Shown here: piece by piece, positions 56,656-64,000 of the stretch | Numbering within the stretch: position 1 is the stretch's first letter | Layout: each line of letters opens with the position of its first letter | Assembly: GCA_035303785.1 (NCBI GenBank) | Contig: DATGRI010000041.1 | Location: forward strand, 650 to 64,649 | Direction of reading: 5' to 3' | From: Sphingobacteriaceae bacterium | GTDB taxonomy: Bacteria > Bacillota > Sulfobacillia > Thermaerobacterales > RSA17 | Length of the DNA: 64,000 bases | Notes under the pieces: generated by a model | The model's input: only the letters and a program-made list of their open reading frames with translations | Database searches by the model: none | What the model was told of the DNA's origin: nothing | Position numbers and translations under genes: made by a program

Positions 56656-57657
56656 TTGTCCGAAGTTGAAATCAGCCAGTGGGCGCCGGATGTCCATTTG
56701 GTGAGCGTGCCGATCCCGTCTCCCCTCAGGCAGGTGAACTGCTACCTGGTGCAGGGCCGCGGGGGCTGGACCATCATCGACACCGGCTTCAACGTGCCGC
56801 AAACCATGGCCACTTGGGAGGCCGCCTTCCGGCAGTTGAACATCCGGCCCCAGGACGTGGAGCGTATCGTGGTTACCCACCACCATCCCGACCATTGCGG
56901 CGCCGCCGGCCCCCTGCAGCAGTGGACCGGCGCCCCCGTCCTCATGCACGAGATCGAAGCCCGCATGGCGGACCTGGTCTGGCAGCTGGACACCCTGCTG
57001 GAGCAGTTGGAAGGCTTCTACCGGGCCCACGGCGCCCCGCCCCACGTGCTGGCCGCCATGGGGCCCGCCGCCGTGGAGCTTCTGGGCCAAGTAGGGTCCA
57101 AGCCGGAGGTCATCCTGGTAGCCACCGGCGACGAAGTTCCTCTGGGCGACCGGCTGTGCCGGGCCATGCCCTTCCCGGGCCACAGCGCGGGCCTCATGCT
57201 CCTGTGGGATGAAAAGGACGGGCTCCTGTTCGCCAGCGACATGATCCTGGAGCCCATCACCCCCAACATCTCCCTGGATCCCTTCACCGGCGGCGATCCC
57301 CTGGCCGACTACCTGGCCTCCTTGGCACGCCTTGCCCAAATCCCGGCCCGCCTGACCCTGACGGGCCACCGCCGGCCCATCGAGGACCTGCCCCGGCGCT
57401 GCCGGGAACTGGAGCAACACCACCACCAGCGGCTGGCGGAGTGCTTGACCATCACGGGGGATCGGGCAGGCGCCGGCTCTACCGGCGAGGTGCAGGCGTG
57501 GCAGGTGGCCCTGGACCTGTTCGGCAGCGTCATGGACGATCCGGAAAACGGCCTGTTCGCCTTGGGCGAGGCCGCCGCCCACCTGAAGCACCTGGCCCTG
57601 CAGGGCCGCCTGGTCCAGCGGGAAGATGAAGCAGGGGTGTTCTTCCGGCCCGCCTAG
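56656..57657 (+). CDS. MBL-fold metallo-hydrolase
   Basis: The metal-binding motif is VVTHHHPDHCGAAG and there are downstream His/Asp ligands. The start is uncertain (TTG 56656, 11 nt after AGGAGG). Confidence 0.85.
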   Translation: MSEVEISQWAPDVHLVSVPIPSPLRQVNCYLVQGRGGWTIIDTGFNVPQTMATWEAAFRQLNIRPQDVERIVVTHHHPDHCGAAGPLQQWTGAPVLMHEIEARMADLVWQLDTLLEQLEGFYRAHGAPPHVLAAMGPAAVELLGQVGSKPEVILVATGDEVPLGDRLCRAMPFPGHSAGLMLLWDEKDGLLFASDMILEPITPNISLDPFTGGDPLADYLASLARLAQIPARLTLTGHRRPIEDLPRRCRELEQHHHQRLAECLTITGDRAGAGSTGEVQAWQVALDLFGSVMDDPENGLFALGEAAAHLKHLALQGRLVQREDEAGVFFRPA

Positions 57658-57669
57658 CCGCCGCCCGGC

Positions 57670-58737
57670 CTAGTCGTACAATACCTCAGTAATCATCTCC
57701 GTCTGGTGCTCCGGCTGGCTCAAGTCCAAATCCACCAAGAGGGGGCCGCCCTCGGGATCGCTCATGATGCGCACTACGGGCCGGGTGGGAATGACCCCGT
57801 TGCGCACCACCACCGCCCGGCGGCCGCTGCTGAGCATCACGCTGACTCCCGGCGGGAAAGGCGACACGGTGCGCAGCAGCAGTTCCACCATGGCCAGGTC
57901 CAACTCCTCCCCGGCCATGCTCATCACCAGTTCCAGCGCTTCATGGGGCAGCATGCGGGGCCGGTAAGGCCGGTCCACGATCAAGGCCATGTAGGTGTCG
58001 GCCACCGCCAGCAAGCGGGCTACGGGATGGATGTCCTCGCCCCGGCGGCCCTCGGGGTACCCGCTGCCGTCCATCCGCTCATGATGGCCCGAAACGGCGG
58101 CCTTCACGTGGGCGCTGAAGGACCGGTCCATCAACTGGAGGCTCACTTTGGGATGGGCCTTGACGGCCGCCGCCTCCGCCTCCGTCCAGCTTTCCTGGGG
58201 CCGCTGGGCGATGTCGGCCACGGTGACCATGCCCAGGTCCGCCAGCAGGCCTGCCTGGGCCAGATCGGGAGCCAGGTTCCTGTACTGGCTGTTCAAGGCC
58301 ATGCAGGCGGCCAGGCCCGACACGTTGAGGGCGTGGCCGGGCAAGTAGTCGGCATCGGCCACCACCACCGGATCAAACCGGACGGGGTTCTGCTCCGTAA
58401 GGTCGTCCATCAAGTTTTTCACATAAGGAGCCAGGCCCGTGGGGGTAACCACCGCTTTGGGGGACGATTCCCGGGCTCTTTTAATTTGGTCCGCCAGGTG
58501 GGAAAAAACGATCAGGCCCATTTGCCGGGTCCGGGACGAGAGCACCGGGCGGGATTCCACGTCGGCCAGGAGGGGATCTTCGATGAGGATCTCAGCCACC
58601 CCGCCCGCCAGCAGCCGGGCCAAGTATTGCTCAGTGAGCCGGGTTCCCTTGGCGATCATGAGGGCGCCCCGGGAATCGAACAAATCATCGGCCAAGACCG
58701 ATCCCTGCTCTACGTTTTGCACCAGCACCCGCCGCAT
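57670..58737 (-). CDS. HD-GYP domain protein (putative c-di-GMP phosphodiesterase)
   Basis: Contains HPKVS...HHERMDGSGYPEGRRGEDIHPVARLLAVADTYMAL. The N-terminal region of about 150 aa is of unknown type. The ATG is at 58737. Confidence 0.85.
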   Translation of the reverse strand: MRRVLVQNVEQGSVLADDLFDSRGALMIAKGTRLTEQYLARLLAGGVAEILIEDPLLADVESRPVLSSRTRQMGLIVFSHLADQIKRARESSPKAVVTPTGLAPYVKNLMDDLTEQNPVRFDPVVVADADYLPGHALNVSGLAACMALNSQYRNLAPDLAQAGLLADLGMVTVADIAQRPQESWTEAEAAAVKAHPKVSLQLMDRSFSAHVKAAVSGHHERMDGSGYPEGRRGEDIHPVARLLAVADTYMALIVDRPYRPRMLPHEALELVMSMAGEELDLAMVELLLRTVSPFPPGVSVMLSSGRRAVVVRNGVIPTRPVVRIMSDPEGGPLLVDLDLSQPEHQTEMITEVLYD

Positions 58738-58828
58738 GGATACGTCCACTCCTCGCCATGGCTGCTCCTCACTTAAATATCGAGTGCACGGGCCCATAAC
58801 TTAGGGGTGTTCCGCCATTTTGTCGGCC

Positions 58829-59812
58829 CTAGGCGGGTATACGGTAGCGCCGGACATAATGGGCAAAGTCCCAGGCGTCCAGGAATCGGGCGGCCGCCTG
58901 CCGTCCCGCGTTGAACAGGGCCTCGGCCCGGGCGGGGCTGATGTCGAAGTCCGTGGTGTTCACCCCCAGGGTGGGGATGGCAATGGTGCGGACAAAGTCC
59001 TTTTCCTCCACATAGCGGGCGTCGTGGGCCTCCAGCATGGTGGACACCATGGCCGCCAGGAGGCTGATGGTGCCGGTAATGCGCCGGGGCCGGCCGCTGC
59101 CGGGCTCCACCAGGCGGAAGCCGAAGGTGGGCCACGGGGGCGGGCCGGGGCTGTCGAACAGCCAGACGGGGTAATTGCTCAGGAGGCCGCCGTCCACGAT
59201 GACGCCCGGGGTTCCGGCGCCGCCGGCGCCGGCTCCCTCCCGGGGATGCACGTATACAGGCCAATAAAAGAAAGGAATGGACATGCTCATGCGCACCGCC
59301 CTGGCCACCGGCAGCCGGTCGGGGTCGTAGCCGTAGCGCCCGATGTCCTGGGGCAGCACCAGCATGCGGCCGTGGGTCAGATCCGAGGCCACCACCCGCA
59401 GGCGGTAGCGGTAGCGCTCGTCCCCTTTCTCGCCGTCCACCAGCAAGTGGGACGGGGTGAGCAGGTCGCCGAAGGTGCGCACCCCTTTGGCCGCCAGCAG
59501 CCCCTCCAGCCACTCCTCGAAGGCCCGGCCCATGTAGAGGCCCCTACCCCACAGCAGGGACAGGGGCGGGCCCACCAAGGGCACCCGGCCCAGGGGGCTG
59601 GGATCGCGGAACTGCCGGTAGTCCACCCCTTTCAAAATGCGGGCCAGTTCCCGGCCCGTGTAGCCCGCCGCCAGCAGGGAAGCGACGATGGCGCCGGCGG
59701 AGGTGCCGGCCAGATGGCTCCATCGGTAGCCCCGGGCCTCGGCCTCCACCACGGCGCCCACCAGGCCGATGCCTTTGACGCCGCCCCCCTCGAAAACAGC
59801 GTCGGCCAGCAT
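58829..59812 (-). CDS. patatin-like phospholipase
   Basis: Has the GGGVKG oxyanion motif, the GTSAG nucleophile elbow and the DGG catalytic Asp. The ATG at 59812 follows AGGAGGG. Confidence 0.9.
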   Translation of the reverse strand: MLADAVFEGGGVKGIGLVGAVVEAEARGYRWSHLAGTSAGAIVASLLAAGYTGRELARILKGVDYRQFRDPSPLGRVPLVGPPLSLLWGRGLYMGRAFEEWLEGLLAAKGVRTFGDLLTPSHLLVDGEKGDERYRYRLRVVASDLTHGRMLVLPQDIGRYGYDPDRLPVARAVRMSMSIPFFYWPVYVHPREGAGAGGAGTPGVIVDGGLLSNYPVWLFDSPGPPPWPTFGFRLVEPGSGRPRRITGTISLLAAMVSTMLEAHDARYVEEKDFVRTIAIPTLGVNTTDFDISPARAEALFNAGRQAAARFLDAWDFAHYVRRYRIPA

Positions 59813-59931
59813 GCTGCACCCTCCTGAACTAGAGCCGGCGCAATAAGATACAATAGGGGGTAACTGAAACCGCAAGGGGATCCTGCAATAGCCCGGATCC
59901 ACCGCTTATCCGCAGGGGAAGGAGTAGGGCC

Positions 59932-60165
59932 ATGGACATTCGCTGGGTTCTGGTGGTCACACCTAAGGGCATCCGGATTCACAAGGCCGGCTGCCACATC
60001 GTCGATCGTTCCACCGAACGCATTCTCCTGGAAAACGATCGCCAGTTGATTGAAGAAGTGCGCGATGCTCAGGCCCAGCGCAAGAACGTCGCCTACTGCA
60101 AGTCCTGCCTTTCCGACTGGCCGGGGCCCATCCGCTCCCTCATGGGGAGCCGTGCCGGCTCCTGA
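59932..60165 (+). CDS. small hypothetical protein (77 aa) with a CH...CxxC motif
   Basis: The RBS GAAGGAG lies 7 nt upstream of the ATG. It carries Cys21-His22 and Cys56-x2-Cys59. I recognise no family. Confidence 0.5.
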   Translation: MDIRWVLVVTPKGIRIHKAGCHIVDRSTERILLENDRQLIEEVRDAQAQRKNVAYCKSCLSDWPGPIRSLMGSRAGS

Positions 60166-60227
60166 CATCCGCCTGCCGGGAGCGGGCGGGAGGATTTGGC
60201 CTCCTCCCGCCGCTCAGCGGATCACCC

Positions 60228-61736
60228 TTACAGTCCGTACAACTCACTGTATTTTTCTTCGACATAATTGATGAAAGGTTGAGGGTCCAGGCGGCTGCCC
60301 GTGGCCCGCTGGAGGAGTTCCTGGGGCATGAAGCGGCTGCCGTGGCGATGGATGTGTTCCCGCAGCCACTCCCGCAGGGGGATGAACCGGCCTGAGGCCA
60401 TGTCCGCGGCCAGATGGGGCAGATCCCGCCGGGCCGCTTCGAAAATCTGCACCGACATCAACGTTCCCAAAGTGTACGTGGGGAAATAACCGAAATAGCC
60501 GCCCGACCAGTGGATGTCCTGGAGCACTCCTTCCACCGAATTGGCCGGCCGCAGGCCCAGGTAGGCCTCCATGGCGTCGTCGAAGGCCCCCGGCAGGTCG
60601 TCCACCGTCAGATCACCCTGGATGAGGGCCTGCTCCAGCTCGAAGCGCACCATGATGTGGAGGGGGTAGGTGACCTCATCGGCTTCCACCCGGATGAGGG
60701 ATGGGGCCACCTTGTTGACGGCCCGGTACATGTCCTCGGCGGTGACGCCCTCCAGTCGGGCGGGGAAAGCCGCCGCCGCCTTGGGCATGAAGAACTGCCA
60801 GAAGGCCCGGGAGCGGCCCACCAGGTTCTCATACAGGCGAGACTGGGACTCGTGGATGCCCAAGGAGATGGGGCTGCCCAGGGGGCTGCGCCGGAAGGCG
60901 GGGTCGATCCCCTGCTCGTACAGGCCGTGGCCCGCTTCGTGGAGGGAGGCGAACAGGCCGGACCCCAGGAAGCCGCGGTTGATGCGGGTGGTGATGCGCA
61001 CGTCGTCCATGTCGCAGGCCGTGGTGAAGGGGTGGACCGACCGGTCCTGCCGACCCCGGTCGAAGTCGAAGCCGATGGCCCGGCACGCCTCCAGCGTCAA
61101 CGCCCATTGGCGATCTTCGTCAAACTCCTGGTACAGGATGCCGTCGTCGACCCGGTCCAGCACTTCCGACAGGCGGCCCAGCATGGGCACCAGGAAATCC
61201 TTCAGGCGGGCGAAGACCGCCGCCACTTCAGCGGTGCGCATCTCCGGCTCATACAGGTCCAAGAGGGCGTCATAGCGGGCGTCCTCGTACCCCAAGGCTT
61301 CGGCTTTTTCCACTTGAATCTTGACCACTTCGGCCAGGGGCTCCCGGAAGGGCCCGAAGTTCTTTTCCTCCCGGGCCTGGAGCCAGGCATGGTAGGCGGC
61401 GGAAGCAGCCTTGGCCTCGGCCGCCACCAAGGCCGCCGGCACCCGGGTGGCCTGGTGATACTTGCGGTTCATGACCCGCAGCATGGCCGCCACCGCATCC
61501 GTTGCAGGGTCTCCCCGGTGCTCAGCAGCCAGCTGCTCCAGCAGCTCCCCCACCTGGGGATCGGTCAGCTTTTCGTGAGCCAGGCGCCGCAAGGTGGCCG
61601 CCTGTTGGGCCCGGGCCGGGGCGCCGGCCTTGGGCATGTAGACCTGCTCATCCCAAGCCAGCAGGGCTGCGGCGCTGTGGAGGTCGGCGATCTCAGCGGC
61701 GATTTCCTGCAGGCGTTGGAGAGGCCCTTTTTCCAT
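60228..61736 (-). CDS. M32 carboxypeptidase (Taq-type thermostable carboxypeptidase 1)
   Basis: Contains HEAGHGLYEQG, HESQSRLYEN, IRVEADEVTYPLHI and DIHWSGGYFGYFPTYTLG. The ATG is at 61736. Confidence 0.92.
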   Translation of the reverse strand: MEKGPLQRLQEIAAEIADLHSAAALLAWDEQVYMPKAGAPARAQQAATLRRLAHEKLTDPQVGELLEQLAAEHRGDPATDAVAAMLRVMNRKYHQATRVPAALVAAEAKAASAAYHAWLQAREEKNFGPFREPLAEVVKIQVEKAEALGYEDARYDALLDLYEPEMRTAEVAAVFARLKDFLVPMLGRLSEVLDRVDDGILYQEFDEDRQWALTLEACRAIGFDFDRGRQDRSVHPFTTACDMDDVRITTRINRGFLGSGLFASLHEAGHGLYEQGIDPAFRRSPLGSPISLGIHESQSRLYENLVGRSRAFWQFFMPKAAAAFPARLEGVTAEDMYRAVNKVAPSLIRVEADEVTYPLHIMVRFELEQALIQGDLTVDDLPGAFDDAMEAYLGLRPANSVEGVLQDIHWSGGYFGYFPTYTLGTLMSVQIFEAARRDLPHLAADMASGRFIPLREWLREHIHRHGSRFMPQELLQRATGSRLDPQPFINYVEEKYSELYGL

Positions 61737-61943
61737 AGTTCCCACCCTTTCCCGGATACCCGCTCTCAACCCGCCGGATATCCGTTAAATATTGCGTAAA
61801 CCTTTACTCCTTTTCCTGCCCGTGCCATAATCAGCAATTAAAGAGACCTTAAGAAAAGGTAAATGTTCAAGCCTTCATTCGTGCGTCACTTTTGCCTTTT
61901 CAAAGGGGTGGGGGTCGACATATGACCGTCAGGGGGACTCACT

Positions 61944-62828
61944 TTGTCGAGACTTGGAGGCGAAGCCACAGGCAACTCCAATGGCCCAGAGACGCCCAAG
62001 CCCGAACAGAGCCAGGTTGAATTGGGCCCCATGCCCAAAGCGGCCGCCCTGCTCAATATTGATGCCCACAAATTCCGCATTTGGATTCGAACCTTCGGCC
62101 GCCTGCGGGTGTACATCGATTACAAGGAACTGACCGCCAAGGATTGGTCGTATCCCAAGGTCCAATCCCTTTTGCGCTTCCTGCTGCTGCAGCACCAGTC
62201 CATACCTTTGGATGCGGTATTGGAGCGCATCTGGCCCAACCTGCCCGACGACCGGGCGCGGCAAAACTTCTCCGTCGCACTACACCACCTTCGCTCCACT
62301 CTGGAACCCCATCGCACCAAGCATCACGACTCCAACCTGATCATTTACAAAAACCGGCAGGTCCGCTTCAACCACTCCCTGGTCCTGGTGGACCGCAACC
62401 TGTTCATCCAGTTGAGCCGGGAGAAGATTGCCACGGACCTTTCCAGCGAGCGCTACCGGGCCTTGAACGAGGCCATGGTCAGCCTCTATGCCGGCCAATT
62501 ATTTGAAGACGAGCCCTATCAAGATTGGTGCATCAGGGAACGGGAACGCCTGGAGGAAATGTACCTCATGGCCCGGGAGGAACTGGCCCGCCTCAGCCTG
62601 GAAGAGGGCGACCCCATGACCGCCCTCCGCCACTGCGAGGCCATTTTGGACCGGGATCCCTTGCGGGAAGTGGCCCACATCATCCTCATGAAGGCGTACG
62701 TCGCCCTAGGTCATCGCACCCGGGCCGTCAACCACTACCACCAGTTGACCCGGCTGCTGGCCGAGGAGTTGGGCATGGCGCCGGCCAGCACCATCCAGCA
62801 GTTGTACGAAGAAATTTTGCAGCATTGA
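61944..62828 (+). CDS. SARP/AfsR-type transcriptional regulator (winged helix plus BTAD domain)
   Basis: The wHTH-like region reads FGRLRVYIDYKEL...KVQSLLRFLLLQHQSIPLDAVLERIWP. The BTAD TPR-like C-terminus reads YAGQLFEDEPYQDWCIRERERLEEMYL...ILMKAYVALGHRTRAVNHYHQL. The TTG at 61944 lies 6 nt after AGGGGGA; the alternative is the ATG at 62031. Confidence 0.8.
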   Translation: MSRLGGEATGNSNGPETPKPEQSQVELGPMPKAAALLNIDAHKFRIWIRTFGRLRVYIDYKELTAKDWSYPKVQSLLRFLLLQHQSIPLDAVLERIWPNLPDDRARQNFSVALHHLRSTLEPHRTKHHDSNLIIYKNRQVRFNHSLVLVDRNLFIQLSREKIATDLSSERYRALNEAMVSLYAGQLFEDEPYQDWCIRERERLEEMYLMAREELARLSLEEGDPMTALRHCEAILDRDPLREVAHIILMKAYVALGHRTRAVNHYHQLTRLLAEELGMAPASTIQQLYEEILQH

Positions 62829-63017
62829 AGGGAAAAACTGGTACTGGGAGGGATGCCGGGTTATAGTAGTCTCCAACCTATAAAACTTCGGTAAATCTCG
62901 ACGATAAATTAGATAGAGGTCGAACGATGGAGTCTGACGCCTAGCCCAAATCAGCAAGACAGAGGGAAGAGCGCAGTACCTAAGATCCTCTTCCTCCTAC
63001 GGTTCGGGGGGGTTCAT

Positions 63018-64000
63018 TTGAATACTCAAGCCATTGCACCGGCTCATTGGCTTCGTAGAGCTATAGGACCCGGTTTCATACTGGGACTGGCCATGCTCGC
63101 CCTGGCCGTGGGTTGGGTAGTGACCTCGGCTTGGATTGTAGCCTTGCAGCTTACTTGCCAGCCCGATGTTTCGACGGACACTCCAGTAGCACCCGCCGCC
63201 TCCTCCGTTGCACCCAGCATCAACTTCGACGCCCTCAACCAAGCACCGGTACCGACCCTCCGCTATCGCGTCAAATATGCCACCGAGGTGAAGAACATAG
63301 GATCGACCCCTTCTAGGGTGCAGCAGTTTGAAGTGCCCATCCTTTCAGCGGTGTCCGTCCCCTACCAGACCATCAGCAACGAAACCTTCAACCACACCCC
63401 GACAGAAATCAAGGTGCAGGCCGACGGCACCAGGGTTGCCTATTTTTCCCTGGGCGTGATCCGGCCGGGCCAGTCGGTGGTGGTTGAACGGGACTACCAG
63501 ATCGAGGTCTGGCCCTTCGGGTCGGTTAGCCCCGCCTTCGGCAGCCGGGCAACCCAAACTGAACTGCAGCGCTACCTGTCCCCCGAACCAGGCGTGGAAA
63601 GCAATGACCCTCGCTTCCAGACCCTCGCCAAGGAGGTGGTGGGCGACGCTGCCACCACCGAGGAGAAAGTAGACCGCATTTTCCAGTACGTCCGCTCCCA
63701 CATGCGCTACGACTTGAACTCTCCTGCCCGTAATAAAGGCGCCCTGGCCGGCTGGCAGCAAGGGACCGGCGTCTGCACTGAATTCGCCGGGCTGTTTGCG
63801 GCCTTGGCCCGGGCCAGCGGCGTCCCCACCCGGCTGGTCAACGGCCGAGTTGAACTGTGGGCCCTCAGCACAGGGGCCCAGCCACCCCAGCAGAGGCAAG
63901 GCGATACGGTGCGCCACCAGTGGGCGGAGTTTTACCATCCCCAGTTGGGCTGGTACCCCATCGATCCCACTTTGAGCGAGGATTGGCGCAAGAGCCTAAT
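63018..64000 (+). CDS. membrane-anchored transglutaminase-like protein (partial, runs off the window)
   Basis: This frame is absent from the ORF track because it has no stop before the window edge. It has an N-terminal TM segment (GFILGLAMLALAVGWVV). The TGase core has Cys (TGVCTEFAGLFAALARASGVPTR), His (HQWAEFY) and Asp (GWYPIDPT). The TTG at 63018 follows a G-run. Confidence 0.8.
   Translation, partial: MNTQAIAPAHWLRRAIGPGFILGLAMLALAVGWVVTSAWIVALQLTCQPDVSTDTPVAPAASSVAPSINFDALNQAPVPTLRYRVKYATEVKNIGSTPSRVQQFEVPILSAVSVPYQTISNETFNHTPTEIKVQADGTRVAYFSLGVIRPGQSVVVERDYQIEVWPFGSVSPAFGSRATQTELQRYLSPEPGVESNDPRFQTLAKEVVGDAATTEEKVDRIFQYVRSHMRYDLNSPARNKGALAGWQQGTGVCTEFAGLFAALARASGVPTRLVNGRVELWALSTGAQPPQQRQGDTVRHQWAEFYHPQLGWYPIDPTLSEDWRKSL

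Overview
This is a gene-dense window of about 60 CDS and roughly two-thirds G+C, from the chromosome of a high-GC, endospore-forming Firmicute that makes bacillithiol. The evidence for that assignment is spoVS, spoVR, yhbH, prkA, bshC and the cinA-recA-rny-ymdB-spoVS gene order. Most genes lie on the minus strand in tightly packed operons, many with ATGA or GTGA stop/start overlaps.

Recognisable content, in order:
- SRPBCC protein, MoaD/ThiS-like protein and FmdA-family amidase
- miaB-mutS, ppiB and a fatty-acid desaturase with a divergent GbsR/MarR-type regulator
- yfcH-like epimerase
- M19 dipeptidase, pepA, a MarR regulator and a membrane protein
- spoVS, ymdB, rny, recA, thpR, a membrane metallophosphoesterase and cinA
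- a compact FtsH paralog and bshC
- two NodB deacetylases, two S11 D,D-carboxypeptidases and rodZ
- a his operon (hisZ-G-D-C-B-A plus a HisF-HisI-HisE fusion, no hisH) preceded by a TrpR/YerC-like gene
- NUDIX hydrolase, pterin carbinolamine dehydratase, an RsmB/F-type methyltransferase and an ABC exporter
- prkA-yhbH-spoVR and acnA
- M20 amidohydrolase, MBL hydrolase, HD-GYP protein, patatin and M32 carboxypeptidase
- at the 3' edge, a lower-GC stretch with a SARP/BTAD regulator and a partial transglutaminase-like gene

I found no rRNA, tRNA, CRISPR array, transposase, integrase or recognisable defence system.

Many ORF-track entries are N-terminally over-extended. I trimmed their starts using RBS position and neighbouring stop codons. 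The long G/A/R/P-rich antisense ORFs are GC artefacts.

The window is mostly core genome, and I cannot point to a clearly novel multi-gene system. The most interesting items are:
- the hisH-less operon with the triple fusion and a candidate HisR repressor
- the GG-masked MoaD-like protein next to a zinc-ribbon-bearing amidase
- a perfect palindrome in the desaturase/regulator divergent region
- a 570-bp structured recA-rny spacer with a near-consensus promoter
- a repeat-bearing MarR gene whose tail is open in two frames
- a low-GC repeat-containing convergent spacer
- the compositional shift at the 3' end
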